From Octopus vulgaris (Eukaryota), in assembly GCA_951406725.2 (NCBI GenBank), contig OX597822.1, forward strand, positions 80,662,001 to 80,726,000: a stretch of DNA of 64,000 nt, written 5' to 3'. This document shows, piece by piece, positions 25,191 through 38,620 of the stretch (its first letter is position 1; the number at the start of each line of letters is the position of its first letter). The notes below the pieces were generated by a model. It did not search any database. It was not told the DNA's origin and worked only from the letters and a program-made list of their open reading frames with translations. A program made the position numbers and the translations under genes.

Positions 25191-25814
25191 ATATCTGTTA
25201 CAATGAGATGTCAGTGTTCTTCCCCTTTCCGCGTAATTTAGACGACAGTTTATTCACCGCTGTCTCTACTGAATCAGAATCAGTGTGACACCCTATGTAT
25301 TGAGGGTAGAGTGTCTGCAGTATCAGCTCAGTCTCTCCGAAGGGTAGCTCACTGATTTCCTGAACCAAAATTATATTCCTTAGCCATGGGAGGGAGGGTC
25401 ATTTCTAGGTTTATGATAAAATGCCCACTACTAAGTATAACGCTGTTGTAGTGTGCACATGTGGGTTTATTGCATGTGTGTGTGCTGTGTGTGTGTGTGT
25501 GTGCGTGTGTTTGTGTGTGTGTGCAAACGAGTGTGTGTGTGCAAACGAGTGTGTGTGTGTGCAAACGAGTGTGTGTGTAATTATAGGATCCCAGGATTTA
25601 AGCATAGGAAGTTTCTAAGCTTCGACCAGTCCGTGGTAGGTTTAAAACAACTTTCATGAACGATAATAATTTATTGACGTCGACGTTTGTAGGTGTTTCG
25701 TATTTCCAACTTCGGAAAGCTCAAAACATTTTTCATAGCTCACGGTTAGCAACTTGAGTTGCTCATGAGTGGGGATTGATTGTTACATAACTGGTCCAGT
25801 GTCGCTTAGGACGA

Positions 25815-26095
25815 CTAGTATTCCAGTTGATCCAATCAACAGAACAGCCTGCTCATAAAATTCACATACAAGTGGCTGAGCACACCGCACGGACTCGTAC
25901 CTTTAACGAAGTTCTCAGCGAGATTCAGTGCCATAGAGATTGTGTAACGCTTGCGACAATGCCTTTCAATTACAAGCACTATGCCTTTTTGGCCAGCTGA
26001 GTGGACAGTAGCAAGGTGGAATAAAGTCTTTGGCCACGGGGAATCGAACTCCGGACATTACGATCGTGAGCTGAATGTCCTAACTACTTAAACAC
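25815..26095 (-). mobile_element. tRNA-SINE family S3
   Basis: B box on the minus strand (gagttcgattcc); body shared with 30752-30872 and 41208-41490. Confidence 0.75.
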
Positions 26096-26263
26096 ACTTC
26101 TAGATAATGTGCGCTCACACACATATCTAAATTCATATGAATACACACGCAAACCCCTGTATATCAATACATAGACATACATATATGCATCCATCTCTCT
26201 CTATCTCTCTCTTTCCTTCTCCCTCTCTGTATATATATATATACATATATGCATATATACTCT

Positions 26264-26317
<54 letters not shown>

Positions 26318-26900
26318 CATACATATATGTATATAAATACACATACACGCACACATATATATGTATATAAATACACATACACGCACACATAACATATATA
26401 TGTATACATACACACACATGCATATATATATATATATGTATGCATATATATATATATATATATATGCAGTAATACTAATGTAACTGTATTTGCATATATG
26501 TATGTCTACGTTTGTATGCATCTGCATAAATATGATAGCCGGATATAATCGACGCCCACAGAATAATGTTTATGGAATATTCACCCTCCGCATGACTGGC
26601 TTCAAATCAAGTCCATTATATGAATATTACTTACAATATATATCGTTACCTGATATGGAAGATTGATGATACATTTGCTAAATATATTTCATGTTCCTTT
26701 TCTATTCAGATCTTTATCTCTCTGCTTTTATCTATTAAAACTTTTTTTCCGTTGTATCTTTTTAGCCTTTTTATTGTTATTACCATTGTTCTCTTCATCC
26801 GGCAGAAGAATTTTGTCTCCTCTAATAATGATGGTCTTCTTGCTGTTAATCATGGAAGTAGGCGGAGTGGGCAATAGAGTGGTTGGTGCCGAAGGTGTCA

Positions 26901-26941
<41 letters not shown>

Positions 26942-27229
26942 ATCGTGAAGGTAGGGTGATGGTGGTGAAGGAGGGCGAGGTTTGGTGGAGGTTGTCATGG
27001 ATGTACTTTCTTCCGTTTTCTTCCGTGCTGGTACAAAATCATTAGCGTTAACTGAAAAGAGAAAGTTAGATGCATGATGATTTCTGAAGATATAAGTTTT
27101 ACACGCGCGCGCGCGCACACACTCATATGTATATATATATATATGTACGTATGCCCTTATACATGCATGCACGTATATATTTGTATATATATATATATAT
27201 ATATATATGTCTTCATGAACGTATGTAGA

Positions 27230-27262
<33 letters not shown>

Positions 27263-27342
27263 TTATAAATATACATATATATATACATATATATATATAT
27301 ATAATATATATATATATATAATATATACATATATATATATAT

Positions 27343-27388
<46 letters not shown>

Positions 27389-27470
27389 CATGTATACATA
27401 TATATATATATATATATATCTGTGTGGGTGTAGAAACATAACCAGGACAAGACGATATATGTATGCATGA

Positions 27471-27531
<61 letters not shown>

Positions 27532-28051
27532 TGTATATCTATGTGTATAGATATGAGTAGATATGTGTATACATACACACACAAATACACACACACACAC
27601 ACTTATGTACAAAGTGATCAGCTTTGTTGCTTTCCGTCGAACCGGCCAAACCACGCGAGCATGGAAAATGGGACGCTAAATAATAACAACGCTACTCCTA
27701 CTGATGATGGTGATGATGATGATGATGATGATGAGGAGGAGGAGGAGGAGGAGGAGGAGGAGTAGGGGGGAGGATATACGTCTTCAGGCATTAGGAATAT
27801 ATTTATAGGAAGAGACGTGAATACAATTTCCATGATGTAATTAGTTCTTCTCTTTACAGCTGCTTCCAGTAGCCATTCTATGACTTGGTGATACACCAAT
27901 AAATATGATGCAACCAGGTGCAACACCTGGACAATAGATATACGTGTACATAAAATCAAGGTGAAGTATAACGCAGAATGGATTTTGACATTTTTGTGAG
28001 GTAGCGTCACGGCAATTCTCTTCAGAAGGGGAATTACCAATGTGTTATAGG

Positions 28052-28196
28052 GGTGCTTCTCAATCCCATAATTTCGGGTTCAGTCGTACTACGTGGCACC
28101 TTTGGTAAGTCTGTTCAACGATAGCTTGGGGCCGACCATGAGGATTTGGTAGACGGAAACTGAAAGAAGCTCATATTTTCTATCTATAGCTGTCTG

Positions 28197-28255
<59 letters not shown>

Positions 28256-28256
28256 G

Positions 28257-28349
<93 letters not shown>

Positions 28350-28600
28350 CAATCTATACACACACACACACGCAGAAATATATATTCAAGTGTGTGTGTT
28401 TGTACCTGTCTTTGTCATCCCACCACTTCACAACCGGTGCTGGTGTGTTTACGTCGCTGTCCGGCAAAAGACACCGATGGCATAAGTATCAGGCTCAAAA
28501 TAAAATACGTACTGGGGTCGATTCATTTGAGTACAAATTCTTCAAATCGATGCTTCAGCATGGCCGCAGTCTATTGACTGAAACAAGTAAAAGATAAAAG
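28052..28600 (+). mobile_element. SINE S1, diverged, with expanded internal microsatellite
   Basis: 5' module to ~28170, (TCTA)n/(TC)n/(TA)n, 3' module 28395-28600. Confidence 0.85.
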
Positions 28601-29334
28601 TGCATGCGAGTATTTTTCCTGTGAAAGCGTGTATGTGCGTGTTTGTGTGCGTGTGTATGTATCTGTGTGTGTGTATGTTTGTGTGTGTGTGTATGTGTGT
28701 GTGTGTGTGTGTGTATGCTTGAATTTATGTCTCACTGTATCTTAGATATTTGAAAACCATAGAGTGTGATAGGCTTGATAGAGCTATTCTTATCAGGTCC
28801 ATGCAATCAATTGTAAACTGAACCCATTAATCTCTGGCAGAAGCAGACCACTACAATAAACCAGTGTTGCTGTTACAATTAAATTTGTGATATTATTTAG
28901 TGACTGTTAGCTGTGTGTTTAAACGTGCCGTTTATGTCGTTTTATAACAATTTCCTATAACAATGTTACCATGCGTATTCGTTGACAATTTGCAATGAAA
29001 TATTTCATGGAAATATTTTTCGAAGTTACTTTGTTCCATTCTAATGTTATATATCATCAATTTATGCTGGTCTCTTTAGTTGCCTATTATTTTCAATTTA
29101 ATGTCTAACTAGTGAGATTTCTTCCTTGATAAACAACTACTTTGATCAGAACGCCATATAAATTATAGAATACAAAAACGAAGCCTGTAAATCAAAATGG
29201 TTGCCATTAATGGTTTGCTATAGCATTATTGACTGATATCTAATTTCCGTCTCCTACAACGAGGTTACTATCAAATTTCTTCTCTCCAGTTAGATAGCAT
29301 CACATATAATTTCACTCTATTACATACATTAAAA

Positions 29335-29960
29335 GGGGATGAGCTTGGCAGAAACGGTAGCACGTCGGACGAAATACTCCGCGTAATTTCTTCCGATTAT
29401 TTACGTTCTCATTTCAATTCCCGCCGACATCGACTTTGCCTCTTATCATTTCAGGGTCGATGAAAAATGTACCACTTGAGCACAGAAGTCAATACAGTAC
29501 AGTCGCTCCTTGAGCTAAATTTTAGTCCCGTTATTATTAAAGTGGAGTCAAAGTAGAATTATTAGACAAACCACTTCTTCCGGCCTTTGTCTCTCATCAT
29601 TTCAAGGTCGATGAAAGATGCACAACTTGAGCACTGAAGTCAATAAACTCACCCTTTTCTCCTTGAGCCAAAATTTAAACTCGTTATCACTAACGTGGCG
29701 AGCTGGCAGAATCGCTATCGCGCCGGTAAAAATGCCCAGCGACATTTCGCCAGTCCTAACGTTCTGAGTTCAAACTCCGCCGAGGTCGACCTTGTCTTTC
29801 ATCATTTCTGGGTCGATGAAATAAGTGCCAGTTACGACCCCAAATTTCAGGCTTTGTGCCTATAGTAGAAAGAATTATTGATGGGGTGTGCGGGAGGATT
29901 CTTAGTTTTTGGGATAAAATGTTTAGTGGCGTTTCTTCTGGTTCTCTACATTCTCAATTC
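29335..29960 (+). mobile_element. Head-to-tail cluster of S2 SINE copies
   Basis: Repeated gagc(t)tggcagaa heads and tcatttc..ggtcgatgaaa cores. Confidence 0.8.
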
Positions 29961-30065
29961 CGCTCTCACCAAAGTAAAATTTTCAACACATGGAGATGGA
30001 TAAATAAAGCAAGGGCATTTCTCCTTGGTACGAAAATGAAGTAAGGCGAGAATGAGTAATAAAGA

Positions 30066-30132
<67 letters not shown>

Positions 30133-30680
30133 GGTTGAATGTATAATCGTCCTTTAATTTTTGGAGGTTTCCAAAAAATGATTTCTATTGTTGATTCTTA
30201 ATATTTTATATTTTATAGGCGTCAATTTGCGAATATGGAAATAATACTGCTATATGACGTGGGTTGAAGTTATGGAAAGAAATCCAATAACACTCATCAA
30301 CTTAGTTGAAAATGGAGAAGACAAGTTGTTAAAATATATAAGGAAAATTTAATTCATGCAGACAATCGTTTCGTTCAGACATAAAAATAATGCAAATTCA
30401 CAATAAAATTGAATTAGATTAAATTGATTATTTATATATATCAATGTCTCTTCAGTGCAGGAAGTATAATCAAAATTTACGATGAACTTGAGAAAGGAAA
30501 TAGCAGAAGTACAGAATCTAGGAGATTCATATTTACTCTTATGAGAAAGAGATGTGAGTCCAGTTAGGTATTAACTATAAATTCTATGTATTTTAACAAC
30601 TTGACTCTCCATTTTCAACTAAATTGATGAGTTTCATGGGATTTCTTTCCATAAATTTACCACAAATCATATACAAGTAT

Positions 30681-30746
<66 letters not shown>

Positions 30747-30751
30747 CATAC

Positions 30752-30872
30752 GTAGTATTCCATCGGTTGCGACGACAATGGTTCTAGCTGATCAAATCAA
30801 CGGAACAGCCTGCGCGTGATATTAACGTGCAAGTGGCTGAGCACTCCACAGATACGTGTACCCTTAACGTGA
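30752..30872 (-). mobile_element. SINE S3 3' fragment
   Basis: tcaacggaacagcctgc…gtgcaagtggctgagcactccacag. Confidence 0.75.
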
Positions 30873-31432
30873 CGTATCAGGATTTCCTGACCGCCCTTCA
30901 CAATTTATTTGCTTATACTGATCAAATTAATGCCCTGTACAATAGCTCACTCCCTCCATCGTTGCCTGAATATATATCTATAGAGAGAGGTATATTTGTA
31001 ACTAAATGAGGAAGCAGATGTTAATTTATAGACATCTTTAGCGTATTCTTATTTTAACATGACGAAACTTGTCCATCAAGTGCATTCGCTGAGTAAGTAG
31101 TTAATTAATTGAATTAATTCATTAATACTGCACCACAAATTATTTTGGGACGATTTTAAGCTGTAATGTGATGGAAACCTTTTTGACATAGATACGATTT
31201 TTTGCCAGAAACTAAATCTGAGTAGTTAGTATGCAGGTTCAATAAATACTGCAGCAACAACCAGAATCTTGAGAACAGCCAAAAATCCGTTATTTCCACT
31301 GCTGTGGTAAAGGCTACTGAAAAATCCATCAAATTCTACATAAAATCACACGAGATAAGGGCACATTTGAAAATTAAATTCATGGAATATCTTTAATAGA
31401 AATCGGGCAATAAAATGTGTATTTAATCACAA

Positions 31433-31489
<57 letters not shown>

Positions 31490-31490
<1 letters not shown>

Positions 31491-31935
31491 TAACAATATA
31501 GGATGAAGTCCCTTTCTCTACAGAAAAGGATTCCATCAAAAAGCGTGGAAGTATATTAAAAAAAACATTTTCGGTTGAAGTATAAACATCTTATAATTAA
31601 GGGCTAAAGAAGGTTATTCTATAGCCAATACACTGATTTATCCACTTATAATCCACTTGTTACAGGAAAATTGAACTGATAGCGGGCAACTAACCTTTAG
31701 AAAATTTAAATTTCCTTATCTCTATATTGAATCAATTTCTGAATTAATCCCTATAAAGGATATATTCTTCTTCAGTAGAGCTTACGAGGGAATATAAATA
31801 AAATACTCACATGGGATCATGGAAAAAGCAGAAGCTAAAAACACAACTACATTTAAGTACATCATTTATATCTATAAGTGGATAAATCAGTGTATTGGCT
31901 ATAGAATAACCTTCTTTAGCCCTTAATTATAAGAT
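31490..31935 (-). mobile_element. Hammerhead-bearing non-coding element with 63-bp perfect inverted repeat
   Basis: 31588-31650 and 31873-31935 are reverse complements; HHR between them; (TA)n on both flanks. Confidence 0.75.
31720..31780 (-). ncRNA. Type I hammerhead ribozyme candidate
   Basis: Minus: CTCTA-CTGAAGA-AGAAT(ATATCCTTTATAGGGATTA)ATTCA-GAAA-TTGATTCA-ATA-TAGAG; stem I CTCTA/TAGAG; AUA triplet. Confidence 0.7.
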
Positions 31936-31954
31936 ATATATGTATATATATAGG

Positions 31955-32180
31955 CATTATTAAATCTCAGAGCGAGATGTAAACAGTAACTGCTCGACAA
32001 TGTAAAGTATAAAAGCCATCTCAATATGGCTAACCACAAAGTGAGGGTGTTACTGTAGCTTTTATACTTTACATGAGATGGCTTTTATACTTTACATTGA
32101 TGATCTCCTGGGGCTAAAAAGCTACAGTAACACCCCCCACTTTGTGGTTAGCCATACTGAGATGGCTTTTATACTTTACA
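31955..32180. mobile_element. Family A fragment, inverted copy plus direct copy
   Basis: The reverse complement of 31955-32062 aligns to 7883-7985 (…ggttagccatatt…tactgttta…ctcgctctgagattta); 32105-32180 is a forward copy. Confidence 0.8.
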
Positions 32181-32519
32181 CACACACATATATATATATA
32201 TATATATGGAATAAAGGCGGGAAAACATCATGGTTAGAGAACCTGCTTGTATGGTTTTGTCCTTTGGAAGGTGATCGCATGGAAAAACTAAGTAACGACA
32301 ATTTTGGCAGGAATATAAGCCACATTCAGGCCACCGATAATTTAACACACGCTAAATCTCATCTTCATCATCATCATCACTATCATCCTCTGTTTCGCCA
32401 ACAGTTTAGCTCACAAATACGCACATTCGTATGCATCGTCCCTGTGTATGCGTGTGTGTATGTCTGTGTGTATGTATGCATGTACGTATGCATGCACATA
32501 TCTATATCCATATATCTAT

Positions 32520-33038
<519 letters not shown>

Positions 33039-33040
33039 AA

Positions 33041-33076
<36 letters not shown>

Positions 33077-33600
33077 CATAAAGCTAGGGTGTATGATAAA
33101 TTTTGAGCGTTCAAGTCTCGTACCTTCATCAGAAGTCTTGTACCATGTTTTGTTTTTTTCGAGCGCTCAAGAATTTTTATACACCACTCGTAGGGTCTCA
33201 ATTTTAAATTTTAAATTAAATTTTATGTATATTTTTTTCAGATGTTGCCGCTTAAAACCAGTTAATGTTTACGTACCGCAACCTATCTGTTCGACAAATG
33301 TAATTTCCTAAAATATTCAGCAAAATTTTAAAATAATTACTGGAATGGAAATGCTCTCTTGAAGTCAGTGCCGTAGCGTAAACACAACCTAATAACAAGT
33401 CATTAACGAAAGGAATATGTATACAATGCGCATTCTAATGAGTTCATTTATAATAACAGAATTGCAACAGTTACCTTATATTGATATAAATGCTCGAAGG
33501 ATCTGTGTATTTAGTTACACCCTGACTACCACTAAGTCTTTACATACGTAGATACATACATACATGCATGCATAAATATATACATATACATATATATATA

Positions 33601-33658
<58 letters not shown>

Positions 33659-33660
33659 AT

Positions 33661-34064
33661 ACTCTTTTACTTGTTTCAGTCATTTGACTGCGGCCATGCT
33701 GGAGCACCGCCTTTAGTCGATCAAATCGACCCCGGGACTTATTCTTTGTAAGCCCAGTACTTATTCTATCGGTCTCTTTTGCCGAACCGCTAAGTGACGG
33801 CGACGTAAACACACCAGCATCGGTTGTCAAGCAAAGCTAGGGGGACAAACACAGACACAAAAACACACACACGCATATATATATATATATTATATACATA
33901 TATACGACGGGCTTCTTTTCAGTTTCCGTCTACCAAATCCACTCACAAGGCTTTGGTCGGCCCGAGGCTATAGTAGAAATCACTTGCCCAAGGTGCCACG
34001 CAGTGGGACTGAACCCGGAACCATGTGGTTGGTAAGCAAGCTACTTACCACACAGCCACTCCTG
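33661..34064 (-). mobile_element. SINE S1, full-length young copy
   Basis: Reverse complement of 32627-33038 with few differences. Confidence 0.95.
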
Positions 34065-34079
34065 TATATATATATATAT

Positions 34080-34278
34080 AACGGGAAGGTTTACAAATAT
34101 AAACAAAAGACGAAGGCAGGTGGAGTACAAACAAACAATTGTATTAGTATGGCGCTCAGGAATAGAAATAAAACAAGTCTTTCACATTTCGAGCCTACGC
34201 TCTTTGACAGAAAGATACACAGAAAAGAAACAAGGAGAGAAAAAAATGCGTGCAGGAGCTAACGATTCAACATGGCGT
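34080..34278 (-). mobile_element. PLE-type short terminal fragment (family C) with degenerate HHR
   Basis: Minus: CTGTCAAAGAGCGTAGGCTCGAAATGTG…TTCCTGAGCG, homologous to 45350-45410. Confidence 0.65.
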
Positions 34279-34342
34279 TCTCTCTCTCTCTCTCTGTATA
34301 TATAAATATATATATACATATAAATATGTATATATATATATG

Positions 34343-34390
<48 letters not shown>

Positions 34391-34394
<4 letters not shown>

Positions 34395-34968
34395 GGTAAT
34401 AAGAATTATAGAAATTATTATTACCAGTGGCCTAGCACAACAAAGAAAAAAATAGTCAATATACTATATATTATTCACATAAAAATATCGTGTACATTAA
34501 AACACATTAAGAGGTTTCCATCATAGGAAAGCTTTGTGCTAGAAAGAGCAGTAGAAATCTCAAACCACTAATTAGGGATAAATTCTCGAAAAGATTGAAA
34601 ATTAAAAACATTTACCATCTAATTTAGTTCCTAGACCATGGTTTCTGACTAATTTCAGTAAAAACATATTTACTGAGGCCAGTCGTCATCAGTAGGTAGC
34701 CTTTAGATTTTAAATATTCACACAACGAGATCCGCATGTAAACTCGCTGCCTGTATATTCTAACTTTTCAAATCCACTGTGCAGATGCAGTTTATTTCCG
34801 GCGACAGAGAGGATGCCGGTAAACTTCGAACAAATTTATCACAAGTTATTTAAACATAATAAATAATATTAGGGTAATAAGAATTATAGTGATTATTATT
34901 ACCAGTGGCCTTGCACAAAAAAAGACTGGCCTCAATAAATATTATTTTACTGAAATTAGTCAGAAACT
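34391..34968 (-). mobile_element. Retrozyme-like element (family B): 478-nt monomer with 50-bp terminal redundancy and a short inverted tail
   Basis: 34391-34440 is repeated at 34869-34918 (3 mismatches); HHR inside; 34924-34967 is an inverted copy of HHR stem II. Confidence 0.8.
34630..34696 (-). ncRNA. Type I minimal hammerhead ribozyme
   Basis: Minus: CCTA-CTGATGA-CGACT…(CAGTAAA/TTTACTG)…AGTCA-GAAAC-CATG-GTC-TAGG; palindromic loop 3; GUC triplet. Confidence 0.85.
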
Positions 34969-35817
34969 GAATTGGAGGACTGAAGGGTATGTGAATATTT
35001 GTGGACACTTGCTTACAATCGATATGATGTCCCACATATCCCTCGTATCATGAAACTCAGTTCCCACAAATTGTGATGGTCTTTGAATGTGTCACCAGTG
35101 AGGGTGTCGTCATGCCACCCACATCTTTGAACAGTGTCTTTGGCTCAATTTAGACGCCTATGTGAAGCTGTTGGTGACAGGTCAAAACCTTGGTTGGATG
35201 GGCGTTGCTGATGTGAGGTCTGGTAACTAAATTAGATAGTAAATGTCCTACTCATAGTCATCCATGGGCTTCCAACTGCGGCATGGTAAAGCCGTAGAAA
35301 TTTGTCAACAACCACTTCTAACACTTCCGGAGGTATGACAAAGACGTCACACATATGACCTCACATCAGCAACGCCCATCCAACCAAGGTTTTGACCTGT
35401 CGCCAACAGCTTCACATAGGCGTTTAAATTTAGCCAAATACACTGTTCAGAGATGTGGGTGGCATGACGACACCCTCACTGGTGACTCATTCAAAGACCA
35501 TCACAATTTGTGGGAACTGAGTTTCATGATACGAGGGATATGTGGGACATCATATCGATTGTAGGCAAGTGTCCACAGATAATTCAATTGCAGTAATGGC
35601 GTCGGAATTTTGATATCCGACGCAAATCATTTATAATACAAGAAAATCTTTTCCAGTATTCACATACGCTTCAGTCCTACAATTCAGCTAATCTTTTCTC
35701 AATTACAACATTTATTTTTATGATCTCCAAAGCCGCTGACGGTTCACCAATACATCAAGATGTTCTTGATAAAACGAGACGTAAAATATCCTCACATTTC
35801 TTCTCGAACGCCCTGTA
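34965..35817. mobile_element. Rearranged Tc1/mariner remnant with 221-bp internal inverted duplication
   Basis: Arms 35000-35220 and 35357-35577 contain transposase-like sequence related to 24300-24450; right end CCCTG+TA looks like a TIR end with TA target. Confidence 0.75.
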
Positions 35818-35974
35818 TATATAGTACATATAGGTAAGCATGTATACATACATACACACACACAAATATATATATATATTTGTGTGTGTGTTTAAAATAC
35901 ACCACTGTAAGATCTTACATTCATATATATATATATGTATGTATATGTATATCTTTCACATCATGTGATTATGT

Positions 35975-36212
35975 AATCAACCAGAGTATCGGACGTTGTA
36001 ATACATCGCCGGTCACAATGCGTTTGGCGTCGTTTTAGCTTTCGTATTATGTCAGCGCGCTAGCTAGGCTATCAGGCCAGCATCCCGCCCCCATTGGACG
36101 GTTAATCCGTTGCAGAGTGAGTGGACAGAAGCAACATAAAATGTAGTTTTGGGGAGAGTTTTGCTACAGGACACAAAGCACCGCTCGGTCCGGGAAACGA
36201 ACCCACGATCAC
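35975..36212 (-). mobile_element. Diverged tRNA-SINE
   Basis: Minus: gatcgtgggttcgtttcccggaccg…gtgtcctgtagcaa. Confidence 0.6.
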
Positions 36213-36544
36213 TTTGAAGTCTGCATTGGATGTTCCAAGTGCAATTGGATGTTTAACCCAAAACGGATCATCAGGAAACTCTTTATTGTATTATATTACA
36301 GACGTCATGTGTCTGTAGTTGGACAGATGACAAAACATTTTATAAATTGTTTGAAAGGGAAGTAGAAAAATGTAAGAGAAGATAGAGGAAGAGAGAGAGG
36401 GGTGAAGAAATAAGCGGAAAATGTTATTGTATTTCTTCAATACTGAAGGATTTATCGAAGCGAAATCAATTGTATGCTTCTCAGGCATCTTCCACATAAA
36501 ATTGGTTTCAAATTTTGGCACCAGATCAACAGTTTCTAGAAATG

Positions 36545-36715
36545 GTAAAGTCGAGAAGATAGAACCCAGTACTTGACTGATACTTAATTTATCGGCCCCG
36601 AAAGGATGAAAGGCAAAGTCGACATTGGCGGAATTTGAATTCTGAACGTAAAGTCGGACGAAATACCGCTAAGCATTTTGTCCGACGTGTTAACCACTCT
36701 GTCGGCTCACTGCCT
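36545..36715 (-). mobile_element. SINE S2
   Basis: tacttaatttatcggccccgaaaggatgaaaggcaaagtcgac…ggcggaatttgaa. Confidence 0.9.
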
Positions 36716-36801
36716 GTGTTATCTAGTTTATAATGACACTGCATTTATAACGCATTGCGTACTTAAAAATGAAGAAAAATGAAACTGATCTGTCTGTCTA
36801 A

Positions 36802-36907
<106 letters not shown>

Positions 36908-37908
36908 ATGTGTGTGTGTATGTGTATATATGAATGTATGTATGTATAAATGTATACACAAATACATATTAATATATATGTACGCATAATATACATTTAT
37001 ATTTGCGAATGCATACTTATAACTCACTTATTCCATGTGTGTGTGTGAATGTTTGTGTATGTGTGTGTGTGTGTGTGTCTTTCTCTGTGTGTATGCGTTT
37101 GTGTGTTGTGTGAAACAGAGTGGTGGAGAGCGAGTGAGACAGACGGACACAGGTAATACAATAACTAGAGCAGAACAGCACAGATTTGAAACGTAAAAAT
37201 GAAAAAATAAATATATAAATAAATAAAATTTAAGAAAAACAATATCAGAAATGGAAAAGGAAAAAAAAAACTAACAATAACAATAAATCGTAGGAAAGTA
37301 ATGTTATCAAACGAAACCTGCAACAGACAAACAAACAAACAGAACCGAAATGATACAATAGAAAAACGAGAGTAAATATGTTAGAAGCATAGCTAATACA
37401 TACAGAATAATAGAATAACTGATTTACTGAATTACAGATTGAGAGGATAATAAAATAGGGAAACAAAGCACTTAGGTAACTATGGCAAGATAAACAGAAT
37501 ATGAGAACTGTGGAATATAAGAATATAATGACTGATTATATGGAAATAATGGAAGTCTTTGGCGTTTTTTATTTACATTTGTCTTTGTTTATCTCTCTTA
37601 TCGCAATGTTTGATGTAATATCTCATATATCTATTGAGATATACACGAACGCACATGCATAAATTGAAATATATACATCTATTTATCATTCTCCTTCTCT
37701 GTCCCTCTAATCTCTTGTCTCTACATTTATTCAAGTGTTTATATTCCTACATGCATACATACAAAAACCTGATCACACACGCATACATATGAATACACAC
37801 ACGAACAAACACAGACACACAGACACACACACACATACATACATACATACATACATACATACATACATACATACATACATACATACATACATACATACAC
37901 AGCCACAG

Positions 37909-38300
37909 AGCGGCTGTGTGGTAAGAAGTTTGCTTCCCAATCACGTGGTTCCGGGTTCAGTCCTAATTCGTGGCACTATTTTTTACTGCCTCGGCCCGGA
38001 CAAACTTTTGTGAGTGCATTTCATAGACGGAAACTGATCGAATCCCATTGTAAATATACATATGAGTGTGTGTGTGTATGTGTGTGTGTGACTTTTTGTT
38101 TGCGTGTGCCAGCCTCACACAGCTTGACAAACGGTTTTGGCGAGTTTACGCTTCCGTTACGTAGCGGTTCGGCAAAAGTGCCTAATAAAACAAGTACCGG
38201 ACTTAAATATTTCTGGAGCCGATTCGTTTGACCAAAAGTCATCTAGGCGGTGTCGCAGTATGGCGGTAGTCTAATTAGCGAAGCAAGTAAAAGATACAAA
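37909..38300 (+). mobile_element. SINE S1, diverged
   Basis: Head, (TG)n and 3' module recognisable. Confidence 0.85.
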
Positions 38301-38434
38301 CGGATACAGCAAGTTACGTAGTCTCTTTCTCTCCCCCATTCTCCCTCTCTCTTTCTTACACACACATACACACACACACATTCACACACGCACTTACACA
38401 AGCACACACACAGGCACCCACGAGCACGTACATG

Positions 38435-38473
<39 letters not shown>

Positions 38474-38587
38474 GAGTGGAGGAGGAAGTGCTACAAAGAA
38501 GGAGAAGGAAATGCAACAGGATAAAATTTGGCATGTATGTATGTATGAATGTATGTACATATATATGTATGTATGAATGTATGTATG

Positions 38588-38620
<33 letters not shown>

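Noticed and set aside
34391-34400. TTAGGG at family B ends as a telomere link
   Set aside because: Single hexamer, not an array, and not exact in other copies.
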